Assembly: GCF_006345805.1 (NCBI RefSeq)
Contig: NC_043002.1
Span: 18,972,001-19,036,000 of the forward strand
Direction: 5' to 3'
Source of the DNA: Octopus sinensis
Lineage: Eukaryota
DNA length: 64,000 nucleotides
Of this stretch, positions 12,830 through 24,574 are shown piece after piece. Below the pieces are notes generated by a model, which was not told where the DNA came from, ran no database searches, and saw nothing but the letters and a program-made list of their open reading frames with translations. The stretch's first letter is position 1, and every line of letters starts with the position of its first letter. The position numbers and the translations under genes were made by a program.

Positions 12830-13561
12830 AACACCCATCACCTCTCTATCACCAGAGAACAGAATAGGCACATACTACATACCCCTCTTTTCTTAGGTAC
12901 CTTCTTCCCCACCTCAAACCACTTCTGTTTCCCATTATCTTCACCTGCTTACTGTATCCACCAATAACCTTCTTTCAATGCCTTCACTCCCCTCTGTTCT
13001 TCATCATTAACACCTTGCTTATCTGCTATCACCTTCAACGATCTCAGAGACCTACTGCAAACCCCATCTCTGAGCCTCCCCTATATTTCACGCCATCATT
13101 TGCCAGTTACCTTTACCCTGCCCACCCAACCAGTTCAAACTTCTGTATCACCCTACTTATTCTCACCATCCTTGATGCCCCTCATTTCTGCCACTATCTC
13201 TCTCACTATTGCTCTCTTTATCTCATTCTCCAACCCACCGTCCTTTTTTTCGACTGGAGTATTCATGTATCAGCTCTACAGCAGGACACCTACCCCTGTC
13301 CCTCCATACCTCTTATCTCTCAACTGACACAAAGCCACACACCCCTCACTACTCCTCCCAGCTGAGGTGGCACTGTCAGTGCTGGTGCACGTAAAAGTAC
13401 CCAGGTCACTGTATAAAGTGTTCAGCGTTAGGAAGAGCATCTTGCTGTAGACACCATGCCGAAACAGATAATGGAGCCAGTGTAGTCTCCTACCTTACCA
13501 GCTCCTGTCAAATTGTCCAGCTCATGCCAGCCCGGAAAAAGGACGTTAAATGATGATGATA
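12830..13561 (+). mobile_element. Pyrimidine-rich RTE 3' UTR segment plus conserved 3' end
   Basis: Follows the RT stop region and ends in ggacgttaaatgatgatgat. Confidence 0.6.
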
Positions 13562-13950
13562 TATTTGTTCTTCGCGTCACTGTTATGACTAGCTCCCCAG
13601 GACCTGCACTATAAATCGGTTCTCTGGAATCATTCCCCACCACACCAGCTTATGTCTTTCATGCAAAATTCTTTAAACAATATAACAATGTAAATACATG
13701 TTTAAAGAAAAAGAAGTTCGACTGTAAAACATTCCGAATAAAACATTTCGGCGCTAATCCAGTTTCCACCTTTTGCCTTTCATTTAATGATTTCACTTTT
13801 CACTCCTGAACTTTTTCTCTGCATGGTCTCTCGACTTACGAAGAGGAATGATTAATCTTTCTGAAATTATGCTCTCCAGTTCTTTAAAAAAAAGAACACA
13901 TTGTAAGTACCTTTTATTCAAAAATAAAAGACGAGGTGGTCAAAAAGCAG

Positions 13951-14856
13951 GGTACTTTGTTAATGTTTACATTAACTCTCGGTTACGAAAAAAAATGTGT
14001 AATAGGTGTAAAAAAAAATGCGTATTAAACGAATATGAAGACAAAAAATTTGCGCTAACGAACCGGGGCGTAGGGAGAGGAATTTCGGAAAATTCACACG
14101 ATTCGATTTTTACCCTCTTAACTTTTAAGGAAAACGGGTATCTTTTAATGAATACCTTTCAAACGGCATAGATTACGATTATAAAGAAATGTGTGAGGAA
14201 AATGTTTTTCCGAGGGAGTGGGGAGACGACCTTCGAAAGGAAGAAATTCATAAATTACTTTTTTGCTTGAGTGTAATGGAAATAAGTTCGAAAAAAATTT
14301 CTTAGATTCATTTATTTTTCATTTAATAGAAAAAGGTTTTTAAAAAGATCCCAACGGTGGAGGTGTGCTAAAAACAACAGCTAAATCGCCCTTAACTTTT
14401 TTTTCCGTTGTAAGATCATATTCAACGCCGTTTCTCTCACTATGATGCATGGGGTCTTTTAAAACTCTTTTCTATTACTAAATGAATCTAAAAAATTTTT
14501 TTCAAACTTTTTCCATAACACTCAAGCAAAAAAATTATTTTTCTCTTCGAAAGTCTTCTCCCCACCCCCTCGGAAAAAAATTTCCCTACAAATTTCTTTA
14601 TAATCGTAATCTATGCCGTTTGGAAGGTATTTGTATAAAATTTCATTAAAAGATACCCATTTTCCTCAAAGTTATGAGGGAAAAAATAAGATCTTGTGAA
14701 TTTTCCGAAAGTACCCACCCCACCCTCATCCCGGTTCGTAAGCGCAAATTTTTGTTTTAGTATTCATTTAACACATTTTTTTACACCCATCACACTTTTT
14801 TTTTGTTTTGTTTTGTTTTCGTGACCGGGAGTTAAAGTAAACATTAACCGAGTACT
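13951..14856. mobile_element. ~900-bp fold-back MITE, probable non-autonomous derivative of the Merlin element at 43.5-45.8 kb
   Basis: Left arm ggtactttgttaatgtttacattaactctcggttacg is inverted at the right as cgtgaccgggagttaaagtaaacattaaccgagtac. The centre and arms match the inverted repeats flanking the Merlin ORF. Confidence 0.75.
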
Positions 14857-15099
14857 TGTAACTATTCGATCAGGGCTGATCCAGAACTGAACAACAAAGC
14901 GTAACGAAGTTATATGTTTTTGTAAAAACAATAGCGAAGTAACAAGTGATTATATGTATCTTACAATCTCATAATATTTTAAAAACAAACAATCATGATC
15001 AAACAAATCGACACTACAAATGCCTTGATCATTGTGCTTTGTTCCTTTGCAATCATTTCCCCGAAATGTTTTTCTTTGTGTTTGTTTACAGAACATAAA

Positions 15100-15304
15100 C
15101 ACGCCGTGCGTTAAAAGTGAAAGTGTTGAACGAAAAACGAAAGTGATCCAGCGACGATTTTTCGTCTGCGTTATAAGCACTTCCGGTTCGATAATTACAA
15201 CTAGATTTTCCTCATCGAAGCTGAATAATTCTAATTGAATAGACAGATAAGTAAATCCGATTCGACCGTGACCATCACGTCTTTTTTTTTTTTTAGAGGT
15301 ATGT
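15100..15304 (+). promoter_or_regulatory. Putative promoter / non-coding exon 1 of ZNF-2
   Basis: CpG-enriched patch with ACTTCCGG (ETS consensus) at 15179-15186 and donor GAG|GTATGT at 15299. Confidence 0.4.
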
Positions 15305-16106
15305 AGAATCACATTATCCAATATGCCTTTCTTTATTGAAAATAGGGAGTCAACTGAAGGAATTAAGGTGTTAGGTTGAGCAACCGGCTAGTGGCTACTT
15401 CGTCAAATCATTTCTCTCAATACAGTTTTATTCGGCTGATTACATCCAAGCCAACACGATCGAGTTGTCATATGATCAAAAGCGTTCCAACCAGGACCTT
15501 CTCTATTTTAAAAGTGTAGAACTAAATTGTCTAATATCTTTATGAAAAAGGTAAGGCGTGATTCAAGGGAGATTTCTAGTAGGTTGACCGACCCTTTGAG
15601 GTTTCCTCATTATCCCATTGGTAAAACATGACAGCGATGACGACTCTCTGTCATTTCCAAGAAACATAAACTGTCAGAAGTCCCCAAAAATGTTTCTGTA
15701 AAATTAGTAAAGTTTGAAAATTGGTTCAATTCTAACATTATCTGTGAATTTGATCTGTACATCCAGTTACTACCACAACACGCCGCCTTTGAATTTTGGT
15801 TTTAGTTGTGTAATGTATTAATTAAAAGGTTGAAGGGATATTCAACTGTGCAAAAATAGATTGCAGTTTTGTTTATTGTTGATGTTTACCAACAAGATCG
15901 CACATTTTAGGGGAGGGTACAGTTGCTTACATGGACTTCAGTACTTGAATTGCTCTTGATTTTATTGGGCATAACTACACAAGCGTGCCTCACTCCTGAC
16001 TTTGTTTCCTTGTAAAATGGATATATATTTTAATGAAATTTTCCACAAAAAACGTTTCAGGGGTGTAGATTACAATTACGTCGTTGTGAAAATGTTTTAT
16101 TTATTA

Positions 16107-16503
16107 CTAGCAGTATCGCCCGGCGTTGCTCGAGTTTGTAAGGGAAATAACTATATAAGCATTTTTAGAGAGTTATAGCCAAAATATAGCAAAAATGCAT
16201 TAAAAATGGGAAAAAAAATTATGGTAAATTTTTTTTAAATCGTTGACTCATCGTAGACATTTTTAGAGAGTTACTTCCCTTATATAATAGCGAAAAAATG
16301 CATTAAAATGGAAAAAAAATTATGGTAAATTTTTTTTTTAATCGTAGACTCATCGTAGACGCGCGCTAATACCCAGAAGGGCTCGATATGAATCACGACT
16401 ATAAGATACCCCGTTTTGGTTAAACTGCACCGCAAAATGTGGGAGTAGTTAGGAATCTAAATCGTAGGAGACAGGCACACAACCTCTCTTTTATATATAA
16501 AGA
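16107..16503 (-). mobile_element. Non-autonomous Helitron with internal ~100-bp duplication
   Basis: A|TC...CTAG|T ends on the minus strand and a cgcccggcg subterminal hairpin. Confidence 0.7.
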
Positions 16504-16647
16504 TTTTTTTCCGGAGACAGATGAGAGGAGTTTCGCATAATTCACACGTCTCGGCTGTTTCCTTATTCGTTTTCATGGTGTAGATTACAGTTATGTTGAA
16601 AAAAATGTTTACTTTCGGGGACTATTCCACCCTGGCATTTGTAAAAT

Positions 16648-18245
16648 CATCATCATTTAGCGTCCGTTTTCCATGCTAGCATGGGTTGGACGGTTTAACT
16701 GGGGTCTGTGAAGCCGGAAGGCTTCATCAGGCCCAGTCAGATTTGTCAGTGTTTCTACAGCTGGATGCCCTTCCTAACGCCAACCACTCCGCGAGTGTAG
16801 TGGGTGTTTTTTACGTGCCACCTGCACAGGTGCCAGACAGAGCTGGCACAACGGCCACGAACGGATGGTGCTTTTACGTGTCACCGGCACGGGGCCAGAC
16901 AGAGCTGGCAAACGGTCACGAACGGATGGTGCTTTTACGTGTCACCGGCACGGGGGCCAGCCGAGGCTGGCAACGAACACGAACGGATGGAGCTTTTACG
17001 TGCCACCGACACGGGGCCAGAGAGAGCTGGCAAACGGCCACGAACGGACGGTGCTTTTACGTGTCACCGGCACGGGGGCCAGCCGAGGCTGGCAACGGAC
17101 ACGAACGGATGGTGCTTTTATGTGCCACCGACACGGGGCCAGACAGAGCTGGCAAACGGCCACGAACGGATGGTGCTTTTACGTGTCACCGGCACGGGGG
17201 CCAGCCGAGGCTGGCAACGAACACGAGCGGATGGTGCTTTTACGTGCCACCGACACGGGGCCAGACAGAGCTGGCAAACAGCCATGAACGGACGGTGCTT
17301 TTACGTGTCACCGGCACGGGGGCCAGCCGAGGCTGGCAACGAACACGTACGGATGGCGCTTTTACGTGCCACCGACACGGGGGCCAGACAGAGCTGGCAA
17401 ACGGCCACGAGCGAATGGTGCTTTTACGTATCACCGACACGGGTACCAGACGAGGCTGGCAGCGGACACAGATATATGATTTGATTTTGATTGTTCTCAC
17501 TGGTTTTGCCGGGTCTTCTCACGCACAGCATACTTCCAGAGGTCTCGGTCTCTGGTCATTTCCTTGGTGAGACCTAGAGTTCGAAGGTCGTGCTTCACCA
17601 CCTCGACCCAGGTTTTCCTGGGTCTACCTCTTCCACAGGTCCCCTCAACTGCCAGGGTGTGGCACTTTTTCACACACCTATCTTCGTCCATTCTCGCCAC
17701 ATGACCATACCAGCGCAATCGTCTCTCTTGCACACATCTGATGCCTCTTAGGTCCAACTTTTCTCTCAAAGTACTTACACTCTGTCGACTATGAACACTG
17801 ACATTACACATCCAACGGAGCATACTAGCTTCATTTCTTGCGAGCTTACGTAAATCCTCAGCAGTCACAGCCCAAGTTTCACTACCATGTAGCATGGCTG
17901 TACGTACACATGCATCATACAGTCTGCCTTTTACTTTGAGCGAGAGGCCTTTTGTCACCAGTAGGGGTAAGAGCTCTCTAAACTTTGCCCAGGCTATTCT
18001 TACTCTAGCAGTTATACTTTCAGCACACCCGCCCCCACTACTGACTTGGTCACCTAGGTAGCGGAAGCTATCAACTACTTCTAGTTTTTCTCCCTGAAAC
18101 GTAATAGAAGTTGGTCTCTGCATATTTTCAGAGTTTATTGCTCCTGAGCATCTGCCACAGATAAAAACTATTTTCCTAGTTAGTCTTCCTTTGACATTAC
18201 TACATCTCTTATGTGTCCATAGCTTACATTTGGTGCATCTTATAG
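16648..18245 (-). mobile_element. 5'-truncated young RTE-clade LINE (RT C-terminus with PHD-like finger, 3' UTR array, GAT tail)
   Basis: Open ORF 17497-18273 with SFRYLG, AMLHGSETW, ERRLRWYGHV and GRGRPRKTW motifs. Tail catcatcat at 16648. Confidence 0.92.
16800..17466. repeat. 61-bp tandem array x~11 with alternating A/B units (122-bp higher-order repeat)
   Basis: Unit starts at 16856, 16917, 16978, 17039, 17100, 17161, 17222, 17283, 17344 and 17406. Confidence 0.95.
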
Positions 18246-19686
18246 AGTGAATATTCTTTTTAAAAACTGACATTTTTTCTGGCCAATGCTAATTCATCTC
18301 TGATAAGTGGTGGGTGCTGTAAAATTGGTAACTGGAGCAAAATGAATAACTTCTGATTCTCTCCTCATCTGTTTGAAACCGTTACATTACAAGTATTCCA
18401 TCATTTTGGGGGAATAAAATTTGGCCATCATAGTTGTTTGAAATGTAGCTGACAGGTAAGTTTTTTGGGGTTTTTTCCAAGAAACTTTCCCCCAATCCGA
18501 TTGTAATTGAGGTGGGGATGCGTGAAATATCTGCCTTCGTAGCTTTTTCCACAGTAAATTCCTACATAATCGTAATCTACTGCATTGGAAACCTATTTGC
18601 AGAAAATTTTATTTTAAAATACTGTTATTCCACTGTATAAACATCCTGTTGATAGTTTCATAAGTGCAACTGTCACATTGAACAATAGGGTCATATGTGG
18701 AAATTATAGCCCAAAATTATTGGAATAGTTATGTGCCAAAGAGAGAAGATATTGAATTCTTGTGAAAGAATCTTCATTGAAGTGGTTCCTTTTGCTAATG
18801 TTTTGTCTGCATTGAATTAAATTTTTCTGTTAACGTTTGGAGGAAGGGGTTTTGTCAAAGGCCTTTTTCGAGACCACTAAGATTCATGTGATTAATGTAC
18901 TGTTTAACTGTTGCAAGTCAACAACTTGAGGGAAGATATGTACAGGGTGGGAATCCCAGAGAGTCGAAGTTCTAAAGAAGAAGGATTGGAAAAAGAGTTT
19001 TGTTGATCATCATTGAAGCAAAACTAAATATAATAAAAGAGATGGTTGTTTTCATATTTTATGTATATTACCATTTCTAATTATATAGCTTATGATGAGC
19101 TAACAAAGGATCCTCTATGTAATTATTTACCTTGCTAGAAATAGCAGATAAATCTCTCTCAAACCACAAATTTCAGGAAAGACACAGATAATGCAATTCT
19201 GGATTTAAGAAGAAAAAAAACACAGTAAGACTGGGTAGTTTCAGCTAAAGGGACAAGGGTTGATCTTGTGTTGAAAAACATCAACAATGTATCATGAGTC
19301 ATAAACTATGATTTGTTTTCTTTCATTTCAGACTAACCATGTTGAAGAATGGATTTCTTCCTGACGATATCATAATTCATAACGTGACATTTATCAGCTA
19401 ATCTAATGGTAACAATGTAATATGAGATATGTTTTCTTTAATAAGTTGTGACTAGACTGACGTTAGTAAAAAGTCATTTTCTCACAAATATATCGCAATT
19501 GAAACAGACCACTTCATGACAACATATCAGATCAGTAGAATATATTACTGTGATAATATTTTAAATTTGATTTCAACTGATTCAGTGAAAGAAAATGCAT
19601 TTCTTTGTGATGGTTGAAAACAGGTTTTCATTTTATTGTAGATGTTTTTATGGAAAATAGTAGAATATATTGTCTATTAAGGCATT

Positions 19687-21225
19687 ATGGGTCAGACAAT
19701 GTTGGAAACAGAAGCAAAACCTTACAGTTGTCATATTTGTGGAAGATCTTTTTCTAAAAATTCTAATCTAACTGCTCATAAACGTACTCATACAGGAGAG
19801 AAGCCATACCATTGTGAATTCTGTGGTAAATCTTTTTCCCGTAATAGTGCAGCAACTTATCATAAACGTATTCACACTGGAGAACAACCATACCACTGTG
19901 AAATATGTGGCAAAGGATTTTCTTTTAACAGCAAGTTACTGCTTCATATACGTAGTCACACTGGTGAAAGACCATTCCATTGTGAAACTTGTGGGAAATC
20001 CTTTTCATGTAATAATAAATTATCATGTCACAAACGTATTCATACAGGAGAAAAACCTTATCAATGTAAAACCTGTGGGAAAGCATTTTCCCACAGTGGT
20101 CATCTATTAATTCATCAAAGAACTCATACGGGGGAAAAGCCATATGATTGTGAAATATGTGGGAAAGCTTTTACTAGTAGCAGTAGTTTAGGGGATCATA
20201 AACGTGTGCATACAGGAGAGAAACCATACCAGTGTGAGATCTGTGGGAAAGAGTTTTCATTCAATAGACATTTAAAAAATCACAGATTTAGTCACACTGG
20301 AACACCATATCCTTGTGAATTCTGTGGAAAGACATTTTCTTTGAAAAGCCAGTTATCACTTCATGAAAGGAGCCACTCAGGAAGCGGATCATACTCCTGT
20401 GAAATTTGTGGGAAATCATTCTTGTTAAAAGGTAGATTAAATTTTCATAAAATTATTCACACGGGGAATAAACCATTTGAGTGTGAAATTTGTGGGAAAG
20501 CCTTTTCACAAAAGTCTCACTTAAAAGATCACAAACTCACTCATACTGAAAGAACATTCCACTGTGAAATTTGTCTGAGAGTGTTTTCTCGTAAAGTACA
20601 TTTATTAAACCATAAACACACTCACTCTGATGAAAAGCCGTACAAATGTGAATTTTGTGGGAAAGCATTTTCTCAAAGCCGTTATGTATCCCGGCATGTA
20701 CGTACTCATACAGGAGATAACCCCTACCGTTGTGACATTTGTGGTAAGGTATTTACTTATAGTACACTTTTGTCTGATCATAAGCGGTCTCACACTGGAG
20801 AAAGACCATACCAATGCTTAACATGCGGGAAAGCTTTTTCTCGTAGCAGTAACTTATCGAATCATAAGTGGACTCATACAACAGAAACACCATTCCAGTG
20901 TGAAACTTGTGGGAAAACATTTTGTTCTAAAAGGAGATTAACTGACCATAAATGGACTCACACTGGGGAAAAACTGTACCGCTGTGAAACTTGTGGAAAA
21001 GCATTTTCTCGCAATAGTAATCTAACTCGTCATAAAAGTATTCATACAGGAGAAAAAATATACCAATGTGAATTTTGCGAGAAATTATATTATAAAAAGG
21101 AGAATTTAACAGAACATAGACGTACCCACACAGGAGAAAAACCATTCCAATGCGTAATTTGTGGGAAAGCATTTTCCAGAAACAGAAGCTTGTCAAATCA
21201 TTATCTTATTCACAAAGGACAATGA
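19687..21225 (+). CDS. C2H2 zinc-finger protein ZNF-2, 18 fingers, 512 aa
   Basis: 18 canonical C2H2 repeats. In-frame TAA at 19678; putative acceptor ttttctttcatttcAG at 19330-19331. Confidence 0.95.
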   Translation: MGQTMLETEAKPYSCHICGRSFSKNSNLTAHKRTHTGEKPYHCEFCGKSFSRNSAATYHKRIHTGEQPYHCEICGKGFSFNSKLLLHIRSHTGERPFHCETCGKSFSCNNKLSCHKRIHTGEKPYQCKTCGKAFSHSGHLLIHQRTHTGEKPYDCEICGKAFTSSSSLGDHKRVHTGEKPYQCEICGKEFSFNRHLKNHRFSHTGTPYPCEFCGKTFSLKSQLSLHERSHSGSGSYSCEICGKSFLLKGRLNFHKIIHTGNKPFECEICGKAFSQKSHLKDHKLTHTERTFHCEICLRVFSRKVHLLNHKHTHSDEKPYKCEFCGKAFSQSRYVSRHVRTHTGDNPYRCDICGKVFTYSTLLSDHKRSHTGERPYQCLTCGKAFSRSSNLSNHKWTHTTETPFQCETCGKTFCSKRRLTDHKWTHTGEKLYRCETCGKAFSRNSNLTRHKSIHTGEKIYQCEFCEKLYYKKENLTEHRRTHTGEKPFQCVICGKAFSRNRSLSNHYLIHKGQ

Positions 21226-21266
21226 CCATAATATTATGACATTTGTCAAAATGTGATCTTGTTTAA

Positions 21267-21483
21267 CCCTTTAGCGTTCAGATTAATTTGTCAAAAGTAA
21301 TCCTTATTTATTCACATTTAAAAAAATTTATCTGATATTTTGTACCTTCAAGATAGGAAAGATGTAATTGCTTATTTTTGGAGTGACATTGCAGGGTAGG
21401 TGTGAGATGCATGTTCTGGCCAGTTTGAGCATAAAATGTGTAGAATATTTGGGCCGGATACAGCCGGTTTAAACGCTAAAGGG
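21267..21483. mobile_element. piggyBac-type MITE (217 bp) with TTAA TSD
   Basis: Ends read TTAA|ccctttagcgtt and aacgctaaaggg|TTAA. Confidence 0.8.
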
Positions 21484-22354
21484 TTAAATGTTAAGTAGTC
21501 ATGCAACATTAGTTCACAAATAAAATGTAACTTAGAAAATTATGGAATATTTTTTGAAAATTAACTTTTACAAACTTTTAATTAAATATATTGAGACAGA
21601 AGAGTCTTTATTACTGTGATGTTTGTTGTAAAACCTTGACTAGTATATAACATTTCACCATCTCTAATTGTTTAAATGTATATTCAATGCTCAGAACATT
21701 AAAAACGTTTATATTTAAATATGCTGTGAAGGTAAAATAATATTAATTGATGACTAACATTTGTTTTGTCATTTTCTCAGCAAGTACAAGACACAGCTTC
21801 TGCCATGTTTTTATCTTATTTCGTTTCCTCATTAAGTGAATGTCAAAGAATTGCTTTACAATTTTTTTTTTTCAGGAAAAAGGAATTCTTAAAAATTTCA
21901 AATAATAATGAAATACTGCATTTTGTGATAATTAGTAAAATGGTGGAAAACATTTTTAAATCACAGAAATCCAAGAAGTTAAGTAGGAATAAATATCTGG
22001 TGGAAGAAAAATATTGCCAGTCAGTGACTAATATTTTATTTCATCTTGGTATAATGTTGGCTTCAATTTTTGGCACAAGACTGACAATTTTGTGGGAGAG
22101 GGGTAAGTTGAATACATCAACCCAGTGCTCAGCTGGTACTTATTTTATCAACCCCAAAAGGCTGAAAAGCAAAGTCAACCATAGCAGCATTTGAACTTGG
22201 TACATAAAGATGGATGAAAGGCTGCTAAGCATTTTGCACAGCATGCTGTTCTGCCAGCTTGCCACTTCTCATCTTGACATAATATTAGTAATTTAATAAG
22301 CTGCCACTAGGTTATAGGACTAAGGTTAGACTATCAATAATTTCTTCAACAACA

Positions 22355-22752
22355 GGCGCAGGAGTGGCTGTGTGGTAAGTAGCTTGCTTACCAACCACAT
22401 GGTTCTGGGTTCAGTCCCACTGCGTGGCACCTTGGGCAAGTGTCTTCTACTATAGCCTCGGGCTGACCAAAACCTTGTGAGTGGATTTGGTAGACGGAAA
22501 CTGAAAGAAGCCCGTTGTATATATATATATATGTATGTGTGTGTATATATTCATGTGTCTGTGTTTGTCCCCCCCAACATTGCTTGACAACCGATGCTGG
22601 TGTGTTTATATCCCCATAACTAAGTGGTTCGGCTAAAGAGCCCGATAGAATAAGTACTAGGCTTACAAAGAATAAGTCCTGAGGTCGATTTGCTCGACTA
22701 AAGGCGGTGCTCCAGCATGGCCGCAGTCAAATGACTGAAACAAGTAAAAGAA
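22355..22752 (+). mobile_element. tRNA-derived SINE family A, full length
   Basis: Head ggcgcaggagtggctgtgtggtaag...gggttcagtccc, internal (TA/TG)n, tail gtaaaaga. Confidence 0.9.
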
Positions 22753-22917
22753 TAGAACAGACAATTCTTGAATTTTCTTAGTAAAAAGCTTAATCACATA
22801 AAGAGTGAGATATTTCTACAGATGATGAGCAATTGTGGAAGTAAATGTTTTAATGAAATTTCATCAGCTTCTAGAACTACCTAATTATTTTACTGGGTAT
22901 GGTTCTCTAACTTGAAC

Positions 22918-23068
22918 AAGATCAAATTCCGCTGAGGTCGACTTTGCCTTTCATCCTTTTGAGGTCGATAAATTAAGTACCAGTTACACACTGGGGTCGA
23001 TCTAATCGACTTAATCCCTTTGTTTGTCCCCTCTATGTTTAGCCCCTTGCGGGCAATAAAGAAATAAG
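22918..23068 (+). mobile_element. SINE family B, 5'-truncated
   Basis: Contains caaattccgctgaggtcgactttgcctttcatcc...aaagaaata. Confidence 0.8.
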
Positions 23069-24574
23069 ATTGTTTTGTTGTTCTACTGCTTTGTATTAGA
23101 GATCAAGGAAGATGTTGGTGCTTACAAACATGGTCATAAGAAAAATTACTTTTTATGAAGTGTTACAGGTCCCTAACTGCTTTGTATGTTTCTGTCTCAA
23201 ACTGCTGATTATAAGGTTTGATATTACTCATATTAAAGTCTTAGCCTTTAATATATAATTTGTTCAACAGAGTTAGAGAGTTACTTCTTATTGCAAGCAT
23301 TGAACCAAAATAGAAATACCTGACTAAATGGAACATCAGTAGAATTACTTAATCTTTGAAGGCCAAGTGGGTGGCAACATTGAAGTAAGCTAGGTACATA
23401 TTTACTATGTGAGACATTAGTAGAATTACCTAATCTATGGTAATAAAGTACATGACATGGTCATGTACTTCATTATGTAAGAGACAAAATACTTTTAGAG
23501 ATAGAATAGTAGTAAAAAAAACCCATTTGATTACAAATTTGAGAAGAGACATTTAATAGTGGTACTCCTTTGTGATAAAGGATGGTCCTGGTTCCATCAG
23601 TGCAGCCTGTTACCCTTTTCTGTTGAAAGTCGATGCTTATAATGTCTAATATCAGCTCCGTTTTTTTCAATGTATTGAAGTTATATGACCCTATAATCCG
23701 GAAGTATAGTAACTGTAACTGTGTGAGCTTCATTAATATATCAATGTATGTGTGAAATGTATACTCCTCCTTTCAGTCTCAGAGAACATTAGAATAAAAA
23801 TTGACTTGGAGCATAATGGCCTAACCAGCTCAAACTAACATGAAAGAAATTAAAAAATGGTTATGATGTTGATAGTATATTTGCCAAAACTAACATCAAT
23901 ACAGTAGTGCCAGCTGTATGAAACAATACTTGAGTAATAAAGAATAAATTTTAATTCATTAGAATTACTGTTGTAATGAGAGGTAAACATAATGTCAATG
24001 ATGAATGTTAAACACATCTGCTCAATGCAAAGGGACAATACCTCCAAAATTTATAATAATAACTGGATTTAAGAGTCTGACATACGTATCCACTCACACA
24101 AGCATACACACTACTTTTTTTTTTGCCTTTTACCCTTTACTTGTTTCAGTCATAAGACTGGCTATGCTGGGGTACCACACTGAAGAAATTTTAATCAAAT
24201 TAATTGATCCCAGTACATTTCTTTTTAAAGCCTGGTATTTATTCTATCAGTTTATTTTGTTGAAAACCTAAGTTACAGGAATGTAAACACACCATCAAGT
24301 GGTAGTGGGACAAACACACATTTACAACAGGTTTCTTTCAGTTTCCATCCATCAAATCCAGCGACAAGGTTTTGGTTAGCCTGAGGTTATAGTACAAGAT
24401 ACATGTCCAAGTTACCATAAAGTGAGACTGAACATGGAACCCTGTGGTTGGAAAGCAAACTTCTTGCCACACTTGCACCTATAATTTGTAATTAAATAGT
24501 TGATTTCACTCTCCTTAGCATTCTGTCTGCCAGTATGGTATTCTGTGTGTGTGTGTGTGTGTGTGTGCATATAT

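Noticed and set aside
16686-17570. ORFs of 140-294 aa in three frames; CRISPR-like appearance
   Set aside because: The 61-bp unit is stop-poor and not a multiple of 3. There are no unique spacers or cas genes, the context is eukaryotic, and the array lies in a LINE 3' UTR.
18390-18460. Strong donor CAG|GTAAGT, possible extra non-coding exon of ZNF-2
   Set aside because: No convincing acceptor or paralogous support; needs RNA data.
22355-22430. tRNA-like heads of SINEs
   Set aside because: No complete cloverleaf. They continue into repeated SINE bodies, so they are not tRNA genes.
23473-23733. ORF containing VTGCTDGT, reminiscent of hAT transposase xCTDGA
   Set aside because: Only one short motif. 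No supporting CxxH motif or TIRs were seen.
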